The notes below the pieces were generated by a model. The model searched no databases. It worked only from the letters and a program-made list of their open reading frames with translations, and was not told the DNA's origin. A stretch of 64,000 nt of DNA from an uncultured bacterium (GTDB taxonomy: Bacteria; Edwardsbacteria; AC1; EtOH8), in NCBI GenBank assembly GCA_963780225.1, contig CAWAAX010000009.1, positions 164,033-228,032 on the forward strand, in the 5' to 3' direction. The translations under genes and the position numbers were made by a program. How positions within the stretch are numbered: position 1 is the first letter of the stretch; every line of letters begins with the position of its first letter. Shown here in pieces: positions 39,720 to 49,256 of this stretch.

Positions 39720-40481
39720 ATGAAACAATATTTTGACAGAGGGCAGGCCTTAAGGGTCAGAAAACGGGAAGGGCGCAAAAAGCGTTTCCGGCTGGTGGCA
39801 GTGCTGTTGGTCTTGGTTGGGTTGGCTTTTGGCTTGCGGGCCGGTTGGACCTGGATCCTGAAAAAGGGGGCCTTGAAGATTACCTCCATAGAAGTGTACG
39901 GCCAGAGGCTGGTCTCAGCCCAGGCCATAACGGATCTGGCCCAGAGGAACATTGGACGGCCTTTTTGGAAGGTGGATGGAAAAGGAATCAATAAAAGCCT
40001 GACCCAAAAATATCCGGCCGTCAAAAAAGCCTCGGTCACAGCCTTCCCTTGGGGAACATTAAGGCTGACGGTAGAAGAACGGCAGGCCATGGCAGTGCTG
40101 GAGTCCGACACCCTGATGGCCATGGACGAAGAAGGCGTGGTGTTTCCCGACAGTTTTTCCGGAAACCTGCCCAGGTTGAGGATCTTGGGCACCAGCCAGC
40201 CCGGACGGCACCGGGCCATCAATCTGATAACAGCCGCCCCGGACCTGGACCGGGAATGCCTGGTCGATCCCGGCGACGATGAAGACATCAAACTGCGCCT
40301 GCCGGACGGCACCCTGGTACATTTTGGCAACGGGAATTTTTCCGACAAATATTCCCGGCTGGCCGAGGTCCTTAAGAACCAGGAAAACAACGGCCTTAAG
40401 GCGGCGGAGATAGACCTGAGGTTCAAGGACCAGGCGGTGATCTCGGGCCAGGTGGCCCAGAACCAGGCGGGGGCGCCATAA
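39720..40481 (+). CDS. ftsQ: Cell division protein FtsQ/DivIB
   Basis: Basic N-terminus, TM, POTRA-like segment, EER, IDLRFKDQ; lies before ftsA. Confidence 0.85.
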   Translation: MKQYFDRGQALRVRKREGRKKRFRLVAVLLVLVGLAFGLRAGWTWILKKGALKITSIEVYGQRLVSAQAITDLAQRNIGRPFWKVDGKGINKSLTQKYPAVKKASVTAFPWGTLRLTVEERQAMAVLESDTLMAMDEEGVVFPDSFSGNLPRLRILGTSQPGRHRAINLITAAPDLDRECLVDPGDDEDIKLRLPDGTLVHFGNGNFSDKYSRLAEVLKNQENNGLKAAEIDLRFKDQAVISGQVAQNQAGAP

Positions 40482-40520
40482 CCCAAGAAATCCTAATGAT
40501 AATCTATCTCAGGAAATTTT

Positions 40521-40549
40521 TTGACACTAATAGACATTGCGAATATAGT
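40521..40549 (+). promoter_or_regulatory. Internal sigma70 promoter for ftsAZ
   Basis: TTGACA-17-TATAGT. Confidence 0.7.
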
Positions 40550-40617
40550 TCAAGAAGCAATCAAAATCTACCCAGGCGCGATCTGGGGAATGAATATAAA
40601 GGAGGCCCGAAAATAAT

Positions 40618-41853
40618 ATGGCGAACACCATAGTGGGGTTGGACCTGGGAACCACTAAAATTGCCTGCATCATTGCCGAAGTGGACCGGGACGAATTGAA
40701 GATAGTGGGGGTGGGAACCTGCAACTCCAGCGAAGGACTGCGCCGGGGGGTGGTGGTAAACCTGGAGAAGACCGCCAAGGCCATTGAAAAGGCCGTTTCC
40801 GACGCCGAGCAGATGGCCGGGATCAAGGTGGATTCGGTCTACGCCGGCATCGCCGGGGACCACATCCGCTCCATCAACTCCCGGGGGGTGATCGCGGTGG
40901 CCCGGGGCAGCCAGGAAATAACCCAGTCCGACGTGGACCGGGTGATCGACGCGGCCCAGGCGGTCTACGTGCCGATGGACCGGGAGATGCTGCACGTCAT
41001 TCCCCAGGGCTTCATAGTGGACACCCAGCGGGGGATCAAGGACCCCATCGGGATGTCCGGAGTGCGGCTGGAGGCTGAGGTCCACATCGTGACCGGGGCG
41101 GTGACCTCGGCCGAGAACATCTACAAAAGCATCAAGCGGGCCGGGCTCAAGGTCAACGACCTGGTGCTGCAACCCCTGGCCTCCAGCTACGCGGTGCTGA
41201 CCCCGGACGAAAAAGCCCTGGGGGTGGCCCTGTTGGACATCGGCGGCGGGACCACCGACATCGCGCTGTTCTACGAGGACGCCATCTGCCATACCGCAGT
41301 GATCGGTCTGGGCGGTCACAACCTGACCAACGACATCGCCATCGGTTTAAAGACCCCCTACGATCAGGCCGAGCTGATCAAGCAGAAATACGGCTGCGCC
41401 ACCATCAGCGAGGTCAAGGAGGACGAGATGATCGCTGTTTCCGGGGTGGCCGGGCGCGAGGAGCGGACCATCTCTCGCCAGGTGTTGGCCCAGATCATAG
41501 AACCCCGGATGGAGGAAATCTTCAGCCTGGCCCACCGCGAGATCAAGCGGGCCGAGGCCGGAGAGACCATCGGGGCCGGGATAGTTCTGACCGGCGGCAG
41601 CGCCAAGATGGCGGGAGCCACAGTGCTGGCCGAACAGGTGTTCAACCAGCCGGTGCGGGTGGGCGAACCCAAGGGCCTGGGTGGGATCACAGACCTGGTG
41701 CGCGACCCCAAATACGCTACGGCGGTGGGCTTGGTGCTTTACGGATACGAAAAGCGATTTAAGAAGGACGGTCCGGGCATAGACGAATCCTATCTATTCG
41801 AATCGCTGGTGGAAAAAATGAAAGGCTGGTTCTCCGACCTGTTCAACGGGTAA
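40618..41853 (+). CDS. ftsA: Cell division protein FtsA
   Basis: GLDLGTTKI, GVRLEAEVH, DIGGGTTD, LTGGSA, YATAVGL. Confidence 0.98.
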   Translation: MANTIVGLDLGTTKIACIIAEVDRDELKIVGVGTCNSSEGLRRGVVVNLEKTAKAIEKAVSDAEQMAGIKVDSVYAGIAGDHIRSINSRGVIAVARGSQEITQSDVDRVIDAAQAVYVPMDREMLHVIPQGFIVDTQRGIKDPIGMSGVRLEAEVHIVTGAVTSAENIYKSIKRAGLKVNDLVLQPLASSYAVLTPDEKALGVALLDIGGGTTDIALFYEDAICHTAVIGLGGHNLTNDIAIGLKTPYDQAELIKQKYGCATISEVKEDEMIAVSGVAGREERTISRQVLAQIIEPRMEEIFSLAHREIKRAEAGETIGAGIVLTGGSAKMAGATVLAEQVFNQPVRVGEPKGLGGITDLVRDPKYATAVGLVLYGYEKRFKKDGPGIDESYLFESLVEKMKGWFSDLFNG

Positions 41854-42156
41854 GATCCGATCAAGATCCAGGTTTTCTATATATCAGGAAGCCAGGAAAG
41901 CAGGAATCAATCATGGTTACCACGGTTGTTAAATATTCATAGTTCAGCACTTAGACAGGCTCAGCACAACGCATACTCACTACGAGTGGTTTCATGGATT
42001 CCTAAGGATAAGTGCTAAAAGGCAAACAAACATACAGGGGAAAATATCATGGGCGAAGAAAAAAACAATTTAGACCGGCAGATAACGCTGGCTTTGGCCG
42101 AGCCGGCCCGGGCAACAACAAACAATGAAGAAAAATCAAAAAAGGGAGGACGGGTC

Positions 42157-43311
42157 ATGTTGGAATTTGAAGAAGAAGTAAGCACCGGGGAATGCTTCAT
42201 CAAGGTGGTGGGCGTGGGCGGGGCCGGGGGCAATGCCATCAACCGGATGGCCGAGGCCGGGCTTAATGGGGTGAAATTTGTGGCGATCAACACCGACATG
42301 CAGGTTCTGAACAAGTCCCTGGCCACGCAGACAGTGCAGATCGGCACCAAGCTGACCAGGGGCCTGGGCTCGGGCGGGAATCCCGAGATCGGGCGCCGGG
42401 CCTTTGAAGAGGACAAGGAAAGGATCACCGAGGTATTGAAGGGCACCGACATGCTGTTCGTAGCCGCCGGGATGGGCGGAGGCACCGGCACCGGGGCCGC
42501 TCCTATGGTGGCCCAGCTGGCCCGGGAGAATCAGGTCCTGACGGTGGGCGTGGTCACCAAGCCCTTCGAGTGGGAAGGGCGCCAGCGGCTGATGCAGGCC
42601 GAGGAAGGGATCCGGGAGCTCAAGGAGAACGTGGACACCCTGATCGTTATCCCCAATCAAAGAGTGCTGACGGTGGTGGGCAAGCAGGCCAAGCTGACCG
42701 AGTCCTTCAAGATCATCGACGACATCCTGCTGAAGGCGGTGCGGGGCATCTCCGACCTGATCACCGTTCCCGGCCTGGTCAACGTGGACTTCGCCGACGT
42801 CCGCTCGGTGATGATGGAGCGGGGCGACGCGTTGATGGGGGTGGGCGTGGCCCAGGGCGAAAACCGGGCCATCCTGGCCGCCCAGGAAGCAATCGCCAAT
42901 ACCCTGCTGGAGGGCGTCTCCATCAGCGGGGCCAAGGCAGTGCTGTTGAACATCTCGGCCGGCGACGACCTGACCATGCACGAGGTTGACGAGGCCGCCA
43001 AGGAGATCCGCCAGGCCGCCGGCGAAGGCGCCAACCTGATCTTCGGCACGGTGATCGACGAAACGTCGAACGGCAACATCACCATCACCGTGATCGCCAC
43101 CGGACTGGGCAGCCCCGTCACCAAGCTGGAGAAGGACATTCCCGGCGACAACCGGATAGACTTCAACCAGATCTTCCGCAAGGACAATGCCCCCAAGTCC
43201 AGCTTCCAGCGCAAGGAACAGACCCAGACCGTGGTCACCAAGGGCCAGGTGGGCGTGGTGAAGCAGGATGATCTGGAGATCCCGACCTATATGCGGAGGC
43301 TGATGGACTAA
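42157..43311 (+). CDS. ftsZ: Cell division protein FtsZ
   Basis: VVGVGGAGGNA, GMGGGTGTG, NVDFADV, C-terminal LEIPTYMR; start 42157 follows GGAGG (track start 42049 probably too long). Confidence 0.98.
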   Translation: MLEFEEEVSTGECFIKVVGVGGAGGNAINRMAEAGLNGVKFVAINTDMQVLNKSLATQTVQIGTKLTRGLGSGGNPEIGRRAFEEDKERITEVLKGTDMLFVAAGMGGGTGTGAAPMVAQLARENQVLTVGVVTKPFEWEGRQRLMQAEEGIRELKENVDTLIVIPNQRVLTVVGKQAKLTESFKIIDDILLKAVRGISDLITVPGLVNVDFADVRSVMMERGDALMGVGVAQGENRAILAAQEAIANTLLEGVSISGAKAVLLNISAGDDLTMHEVDEAAKEIRQAAGEGANLIFGTVIDETSNGNITITVIATGLGSPVTKLEKDIPGDNRIDFNQIFRKDNAPKSSFQRKEQTQTVVTKGQVGVVKQDDLEIPTYMRRLMD

Positions 43312-43524
43312 GCTTGGGAACTGGAAACTGGTTATTTGGAAATTGGGAACTGGTTATTGGGACTTGATAACAGTGGTCAGCCGTCAGTTGAAAGCTTACA
43401 GTTGACAGCTCATGGCTTCGATGCCCTGAAACGGCCAATTTTGGGGTATCTTCAAGGTTTCTATTGGCGGCAAGATTGTTTGCTTGCTGCCGGGGTTTCC
43501 CGTTTTGATCTTTCTTCATTGTAG

Positions 43525-43561
43525 AAAAGCCTCATTCCAAAATATGGGATGGGGTTTTTTT
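43525..43561 (+). terminator. Rho-independent terminator after dcw cluster
   Basis: AAAAGCCTCATTCC...GGGATGGGG followed by T-tract. Confidence 0.65.
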
Positions 43562-43648
43562 GTCGGGGTCACAGGATAGGGATCACAGTTGTCCTAATTT
43601 GCCAGCTGGAGAGTAAGGCGGTTTTTTGCCTACGATAGCTTAATTCCC

Positions 43649-43678
43649 TTGACCCCGGGCTTTTATATTTCGTATAAT
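43649..43678 (+). promoter_or_regulatory. sigma70 promoter
   Basis: TTGACC-18-TATAAT. Confidence 0.6.
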
Positions 43679-43733
43679 AAACCATCGTCTTTAACCCTCT
43701 CCACGGCACCTTTAACCTAAGATCGATGCCTGT

Positions 43734-45014
43734 ATGAGAAAAACGATGACCTGCATTCTGGCCCTGCTGATCTCCTCCCCCTGCTTTGCCTCTTTTGAGG
43801 AGACCTCTACTGATGCCCGTATTATCGGCATGGGCGGAGCCGGAGTGGCACTGGGAGACTATCTTTCGGCCGGAATGGATAATCCGGCCCTGCCGTGCTT
43901 TGCCCCGGTCCAGACCGCCGGAAGCGGAAGCTCCATACCGTTCGGGATGACCGACCTGACAGCCGCTTCGGCCCAGGCCGGGCATCAAAAAGACAAGTTG
44001 GGCCTGGCCTCAGGTTTTAGCACCATGGGCAGCGCCCTGTACCGGGAGAACACCATCAAAACTGCTGTATCATTCAGGCCATTCAAACAGGCCGGATTTG
44101 GACTGGGTATCTCGGGCTACAACCTGTCCATTCAGCGCTACGGCTCGGCCAACGCCCTGGGCCTGGATCTGGGCCTCATCGGTTCTCCCCTGGAAAACCT
44201 GATCATGGCGGCGGTAGCCAGGAACTTCAACCGGCCCAGGATCGGCAATTCTAATGAAGAGATAGCCCAATGGCTGGATTGGGGGGTCTCGTACAGCCTT
44301 TTGAACCAATTGACATTTGCTTTCCAATTGCAGAGCCAGCGCGGGTATAATTCACAGATACGTTTCGGCCAGGAGTACCGGCATAACAGGCATCTGGCCT
44401 TAAGGGCCGGGTTCTCCAGCCAGCCGTCGTCCTTCAGTTTCGGGCTGGGGCTTTTCCTAAAAAAACTGAGGCTGGACTACGCCGTAAAGACCCACAGCTC
44501 CCTGGGCCTGGGCCATTGCCTTACGGTCAGCTATATCCTGAAGCAAACCGCCTGGCCGGAGGAGACTGTCCCGGTGGTCTCCGATCCCGTTCAAAAACCC
44601 CCGATTCAAAGTTTGGACATCAATACCGCCACTGCCAAGGAACTGGAGATGCTGCCGGGGATCGGCGCCAAAACCGCCGAACAGATAGCAGCCCACCGGG
44701 ACAGCGCCGGGGCCTTTGTCTTTCTGGATGATCTGGGGAACATCAAAGGCATCTCCCGCCGCACTTTGGAAAACATTGCGCCTTTCGTCAATCTAAAATT
44801 CAAACCGGAACAACCGGCGGCCAGGGTAAATATAAATACGGCGGATCAGAAGGCCCTGGAAGCCCTGCCGGAGGTAGGTCCTGGCACGGCTGAGGACATC
44901 ATCGAATACCGAAGCGCTCATGGGCCATTTGCCCAGATCGAGGATCTGATGAATGTTAAGGGCATCGGCCGGAAGACGTTTGAGAAGATCAGGGATCTGA
45001 TCACGGCAGAATAA
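43734..45014 (+). CDS. Exported beta-barrel-like protein (PorV/FadL-like N-region) with two C-terminal ComEA helix-hairpin-helix domains
   Basis: Signal peptide; ARIIGMGGAGVA, NPA; LDINTATAKELEMLPGIG and VNINTADQKALEALPEVG...VKGIG. Confidence 0.8.
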   Translation: MRKTMTCILALLISSPCFASFEETSTDARIIGMGGAGVALGDYLSAGMDNPALPCFAPVQTAGSGSSIPFGMTDLTAASAQAGHQKDKLGLASGFSTMGSALYRENTIKTAVSFRPFKQAGFGLGISGYNLSIQRYGSANALGLDLGLIGSPLENLIMAAVARNFNRPRIGNSNEEIAQWLDWGVSYSLLNQLTFAFQLQSQRGYNSQIRFGQEYRHNRHLALRAGFSSQPSSFSFGLGLFLKKLRLDYAVKTHSSLGLGHCLTVSYILKQTAWPEETVPVVSDPVQKPPIQSLDINTATAKELEMLPGIGAKTAEQIAAHRDSAGAFVFLDDLGNIKGISRRTLENIAPFVNLKFKPEQPAARVNINTADQKALEALPEVGPGTAEDIIEYRSAHGPFAQIEDLMNVKGIGRKTFEKIRDLITAE

Positions 45015-45101
45015 CTGGACAGGTTGGATTTCAAAATGCAAATTGCAAACAGCCCTTCGACATGCTCAGGGCAAGTAAACGCCAAACACCTGATGGTAAA
45101 C

Positions 45102-46982
45102 ATGCCTAAGCGCCTTCTTCTGATATTCTTGTTGCTGTTGCCTTCCGCCGTCCTCTTTTCCCAGGATCTGCCGGAAACAGAGGACGAAGAATTGATCCAG
45201 GAATATGCGGATGATCTCTCGTATCTCAGCTCTCATCCGGTCAATCTGAACCATGCCGGGTTGGATCAGTTGCTGCTACTGCCTGGGATCACCGCCTATC
45301 AGGCGTTAAAGATAGGCGATTACCTGAAACAGAACCCCAATATCAACCGGCCGGAGATGCTGGTTCAGGATTCGGTGATGGATCAAGCTGTCTTTGAAGC
45401 CATTCTGCCGTACATCTGCATTGACGGGAGCATCTCTGCAAAAAAGCCTTTGGCAAAAACTGCCTTTAAAGCCAAAAGATCCTGGCCGTTGTCTGAAGAA
45501 ATGGCCTCGGGCGACCAGGTCAACTCTCCCTGGGACTTTCGGGAAAAGTTTACGGCAAATATTATTCCGGATTACGAAGTATTTGCCCAGGCTCAGAAAG
45601 ACGCTGGAGAGGGAAGTATCAAGGACTTTTATTCGGCCAATCTGTTTTACAACTCTCCCAAAGGCCGTTATTCCTGGGTGGCGGGGGATTTTGGTTCCCG
45701 GATAGGCCAGGGGCTGATCCTGGGCGGTGGTGGAAGATCAATTATCTCGGTCGGGTGGACACAGGCCAACCTTAAACAGGCACAGCTGATCAAACCCTAT
45801 CACAGCGGGAGCGAATCGGCTTTTTTACGGGGCCTGGCCGGTCAGACGGAATTGCCTTATGATCTCAATCTTTTGGCGCTTTTTTCCAATAAACGGGTTG
45901 ACGCAAAACTTGACTCTCTGGGTCAGATCGCCGGCATTTACAGCGACGGATACCACCGGGATTCTTCAGAATACGCTAATAAGAACAAAGCCAGCGAAAG
46001 AATAGCGGCGGCCCGGCTGGGTTGGAAACACGGCCGTTCCATTGAGACAGGAGTCACTGTTTGCCAGGCTGCATACTCACCAGGACTTAACGACAGCCTT
46101 TTCTACCGGGCCAATGCCGGGGTTGATGTCAGGCTGATGTTCGCCGGGTTATGGCTGGCGGCGGAAATGGCCGGTTCCGGCGCTGGACGGTCCGCAGCCA
46201 ATGCCGCATTGGGTTTCCGCAGCGGCCCGGCCGAATCCTATGTCGCCTATTACCGCTATGGGGAAGGTTACAAGGCGCCCAGGTTCGGGGCCATGGAATA
46301 TTTCGGCGGCCGGGACGAGCAGGGGGCCGTGGTCAGTTCCACCGTTAAAATGCCCTTCAAAAACAAGTTCAGCGGACTAGGCTACCTTTTTCAACCCCTT
46401 TCGGCCGGGGCACAGATAGCGAAGGGACAAGGCGGTTACCAGTTGGAATTTGCCGCAGAAAATGATATAATTAAAGACTTGAAGCTTTCCTGGCGCTGGA
46501 GGCAAAAGGGCAGATACGAGATCCATTCCGCCGATGGGGGGAACGATTTTGAAGCCCTGGCGGTCAAGACATCATACAAGCTGTCGCTGGCCTGGGACAT
46601 CAGCCGCAGTCATACCTTTTACGGGCATTACCAGCAGGCCGGTTACCGGGTCCCGCTGCTGCAAACCAGGGAGCGGGGCGAATGCCTGGACCTGGGGCTT
46701 AAATACAAAACCGGACCAAACATCTCCATTTTGGGCCAAAGCGTCCTGTTCAACACCCAGGGTTACGACGCCCGGCTTTACGCCTCCGAGCCTGAGCTTT
46801 TGAACGACGCCTCGTTCCATGGCTATTGGGGCCGGGGCCGCCGCGATGCAGTGGTCTTAAGGTATGGTTTTGGGAAATGGGCCAGGCTGGACCTGAAAGC
46901 GGCCCGGGAGATAAGGGAGTACGAAAACGAGATAGTCCGGAAGACCGAGGCGGGAATGCAGTTGGAAGTTTCTTTACCATAG
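45102..46982 (+). CDS. Exported protein with N-terminal helix-hairpin-helix domain and C-terminal beta-barrel-like region
   Basis: Signal peptide from 45102; PVNLNHAGLDQLLLLPGI; QKDAGE, GDF..RIGQGLIL, GYHR, RLYASE. Confidence 0.72.
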   Translation: MPKRLLLIFLLLLPSAVLFSQDLPETEDEELIQEYADDLSYLSSHPVNLNHAGLDQLLLLPGITAYQALKIGDYLKQNPNINRPEMLVQDSVMDQAVFEAILPYICIDGSISAKKPLAKTAFKAKRSWPLSEEMASGDQVNSPWDFREKFTANIIPDYEVFAQAQKDAGEGSIKDFYSANLFYNSPKGRYSWVAGDFGSRIGQGLILGGGGRSIISVGWTQANLKQAQLIKPYHSGSESAFLRGLAGQTELPYDLNLLALFSNKRVDAKLDSLGQIAGIYSDGYHRDSSEYANKNKASERIAAARLGWKHGRSIETGVTVCQAAYSPGLNDSLFYRANAGVDVRLMFAGLWLAAEMAGSGAGRSAANAALGFRSGPAESYVAYYRYGEGYKAPRFGAMEYFGGRDEQGAVVSSTVKMPFKNKFSGLGYLFQPLSAGAQIAKGQGGYQLEFAAENDIIKDLKLSWRWRQKGRYEIHSADGGNDFEALAVKTSYKLSLAWDISRSHTFYGHYQQAGYRVPLLQTRERGECLDLGLKYKTGPNISILGQSVLFNTQGYDARLYASEPELLNDASFHGYWGRGRRDAVVLRYGFGKWARLDLKAAREIREYENEIVRKTEAGMQLEVSLP

Positions 46983-47139
46983 TTTATTTTTTACCACAAA
47001 AGCATGCGCTGAGCTACGCCGAAGTGGCACAAGAAACACAAAGGAGTTACCTATTTTATTCCGTGTTTTCGGTTTTCAGTGTTTCTGTGGTAAATAGTTA
47101 TTTAGCAGATTTAATTATCAAATTGAAAGAAAACAACAA

Positions 47140-48498
47140 ATGATCATCACCATTCTGGCAACATTGTTTGTACTGGGAGTACTGCTCTTCGTTCACGAGC
47201 TGGGCCACTATTGGGCGGCCCGGAAGGTCGGGATCAAGGTCCTTAAATTCTCGCTGGGGTTCGGCCCCAAGCTGGCGGGCTTCAAGAAAGGCGACACCGA
47301 GTTCATCCTGTCGGCCCTGCCCCTGGGCGGGTACGTCAAGCTGGCCGGCGAGGAGGCCTTTGAGGACAACTACCAGGTACAGCCCGGCGACTACATGGCC
47401 GCGCCCTGGTGGGGCAGGGTCTTCATGGCCTTCATGGGCCCGGCGGTGAACCTGATATTCGCTTTCCTATTGTTCATCCTGATAGGTTTCATCGGGATCC
47501 GGGTGCCGGACTTTGCCCCGGTGGTCTCCAAGGTCCAGGACGGTACGGCAGCCCAGCAGATGGGTATCCGGCCGGGCGATATGATTGTCTCCATCCAGGG
47601 CCGGGCGATCAGCTCCTGGCACCAGATACAGCTCGTTACTGACAGCCTGGGCAAAACCAAGTCCGCCGATGCCCTGACCGTGGGCATTGCCCGGGAGGGC
47701 GCGGTCAGCGAACTTGAAACTTCTTCCTCCAGAGAAAAGCCCTGGTATTCCGGCCTGGATCCCAGCGTTCAACCCCAGCTGGGCGAGGTTGCATTAGGAG
47801 GGCCAGCTTATCAAGCGGGACTATCCAAGGGTGACCTGATCCTGTCGGTCAATGGCCAGGCGGTCAACAGCTGGGACGAGATGCGTCTGCTAATTTACAA
47901 GAACGCGGACAAGGAAGTGGGACTGAAGGTGCTTCGCCAGGGAGACACGCTTAACTTAAAAGTTGTTCCACTGGAGCAGGACCTGCCGGGGTACGGCAAG
48001 GTGGGAATGATAAGCGTTGCCCCGGTAGAATTCGGCAGTTATAAGATCAGGCTGGGCCCCGCAGAAGCTGTAACCGCAGCCTTTTTGAACACAGTTGGTA
48101 TAATGGGGCGCATCTACAGTTTGTTGGGCACCATAGCGACCAAGCCCCATAATGCCAAACAAATGGGGGGAATAATGCTGATCGGCCAAATGGCCGGACC
48201 GGCTGCCAAGAAAGGCCTTTCCGACCTGCTGATACTGATGGCTGGACTCTCCATCAGCCTGATGGTGATAAACCTGCTGCCGCTTCCCATCATGGACGGC
48301 GGGGTGATCTTCTTCTGCCTGCTGGAGGGCCTGCGCAAAAAACCGTTGTCCAACAAGGTTCAGATGGTGATCCAGCAGATCGGGTTCGGGTTCATCATCA
48401 TGCTTTTTGCCTGGACCATCTTCAACGACTCCATGCGGATATTCAACCGCCATTCGGCGCTGAAGGACCAGGGGCAGCAAGGGGAGCAGAATAAATAG
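47140..48498 (+). CDS. rseP: RIP metalloprotease RseP (two PDZ domains)
   Basis: HELGH, FSLGFG, PLGGYV, GPAVN, NLLPLPIMDGG. Confidence 0.96.
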   Translation: MIITILATLFVLGVLLFVHELGHYWAARKVGIKVLKFSLGFGPKLAGFKKGDTEFILSALPLGGYVKLAGEEAFEDNYQVQPGDYMAAPWWGRVFMAFMGPAVNLIFAFLLFILIGFIGIRVPDFAPVVSKVQDGTAAQQMGIRPGDMIVSIQGRAISSWHQIQLVTDSLGKTKSADALTVGIAREGAVSELETSSSREKPWYSGLDPSVQPQLGEVALGGPAYQAGLSKGDLILSVNGQAVNSWDEMRLLIYKNADKEVGLKVLRQGDTLNLKVVPLEQDLPGYGKVGMISVAPVEFGSYKIRLGPAEAVTAAFLNTVGIMGRIYSLLGTIATKPHNAKQMGGIMLIGQMAGPAAKKGLSDLLILMAGLSISLMVINLLPLPIMDGGVIFFCLLEGLRKKPLSNKVQMVIQQIGFGFIIMLFAWTIFNDSMRIFNRHSALKDQGQQGEQNK

Positions 48499-49162
48499 GA
48501 AGTATTCAAATAGGAAGTGGGAAGTAACGAAATGGGAAGTGACTAAAACAGGAAATGGGAGGGAACCAAATGGGAAGTACTCTAAATTGGAAATAGGAAG
48601 TAATGCATATGGGGACTGATGAAACAAGAAATAATGGCAATGAGGAATTGGGAGATCGGTTTTACAAGTTTGCCCTTAGGATAATTAAATTAGTGGGAAC
48701 GTTGCCCAAAAGTATTGCCGGATAGGAACTGGGAAAGCAATTAGTGCGCGCGGCCATGTCTATATCCGGCAACTACGAAGAGGCAAGAGGGGCTTATACC
48801 AAACCTGATTTTGCCTTCAAACTAAGCATTTGTTTTAAAGAGGCCCGGGAATCTTACAACTGGTTGTCGATGATCAAGGATAGCGGCTTGCTTGCCGGCA
48901 AAGATATTGACGAGGCGATCAAGGAAGCCGGGGAGATAAGGAATATACTGGGCAAAGGCGTGGGAACCGCCCGGAAACACGCAAAATAAATGGGAAGCAC
49001 AATAAATGGGAAGTATTCAAATAGGAATTGGGAGTACAATAAACAGGATGTGTTCAAATGGGAAAGCGGAAGGGAATCAGAAAACGGGGTGCTATAACTT
49101 GGATACAGTTGGCAACCAGTTTCCCAGTTCCTATTTCCCATTTATTTATTTGCTTCCTGTTT
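48492..49162. repeat. Purine-rich short-repeat flanks (AAATGGGAA/AATAGGAA) around four-helix-bundle gene
   Basis: Multiple units at 48492-48602 and 48988-49075; 19-bp direct repeat GGAAGTATTCAAATAGGAA at 48498 and 49009; inverted units at 49118-49162. Confidence 0.8.
48603..48989 (+). pseudogene. Four-helix-bundle protein (TIGR02436 / 23S-IVP-like) with in-frame TAG at 48723
   Basis: MHMGTDE...DRFYKFALRIIKLVGTLPKSIAG*ELGKQLVRAAMSISGNYEEA...DFAFKLSICFKEARESYNWL. Confidence 0.85.
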
Positions 49163-49170
49163 GATTGATA

Positions 49171-49200
49171 TTGACTTTTGGGGTTTAAGACTGATATAAT
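49171..49200 (+). promoter_or_regulatory. sigma70 promoter of EF-G paralogue
   Basis: TTGACT-18-TATAAT with extended TG. Confidence 0.7.
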
Positions 49201-49256
49201 AAAATTCTTTAGCCAAATAAAATTTTCACATATCATACTGAGGGGAGGAACTTTTT

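Noticed and set aside
42049..42156. 36-aa N-terminal extension of FtsZ from the ORF track
   Set aside because: A strong GGAGG RBS precedes ATG 42157 and FtsZ-like sequence begins there; the upstream start cannot be excluded but is unsupported.
45024..45101. N-terminal extension of the second HhH protein
   Set aside because: It translates a REP-like palindrome (CCCTTCGACATGCTCAGGGC); the signal peptide begins at 45102.
48723..48725. Genome-wide TAG recoding or pyrrolysine
   Set aside because: TAG terminates conserved genes at their expected ends (guaA, glyA, rseP, pgk); no pyl genes in the window.
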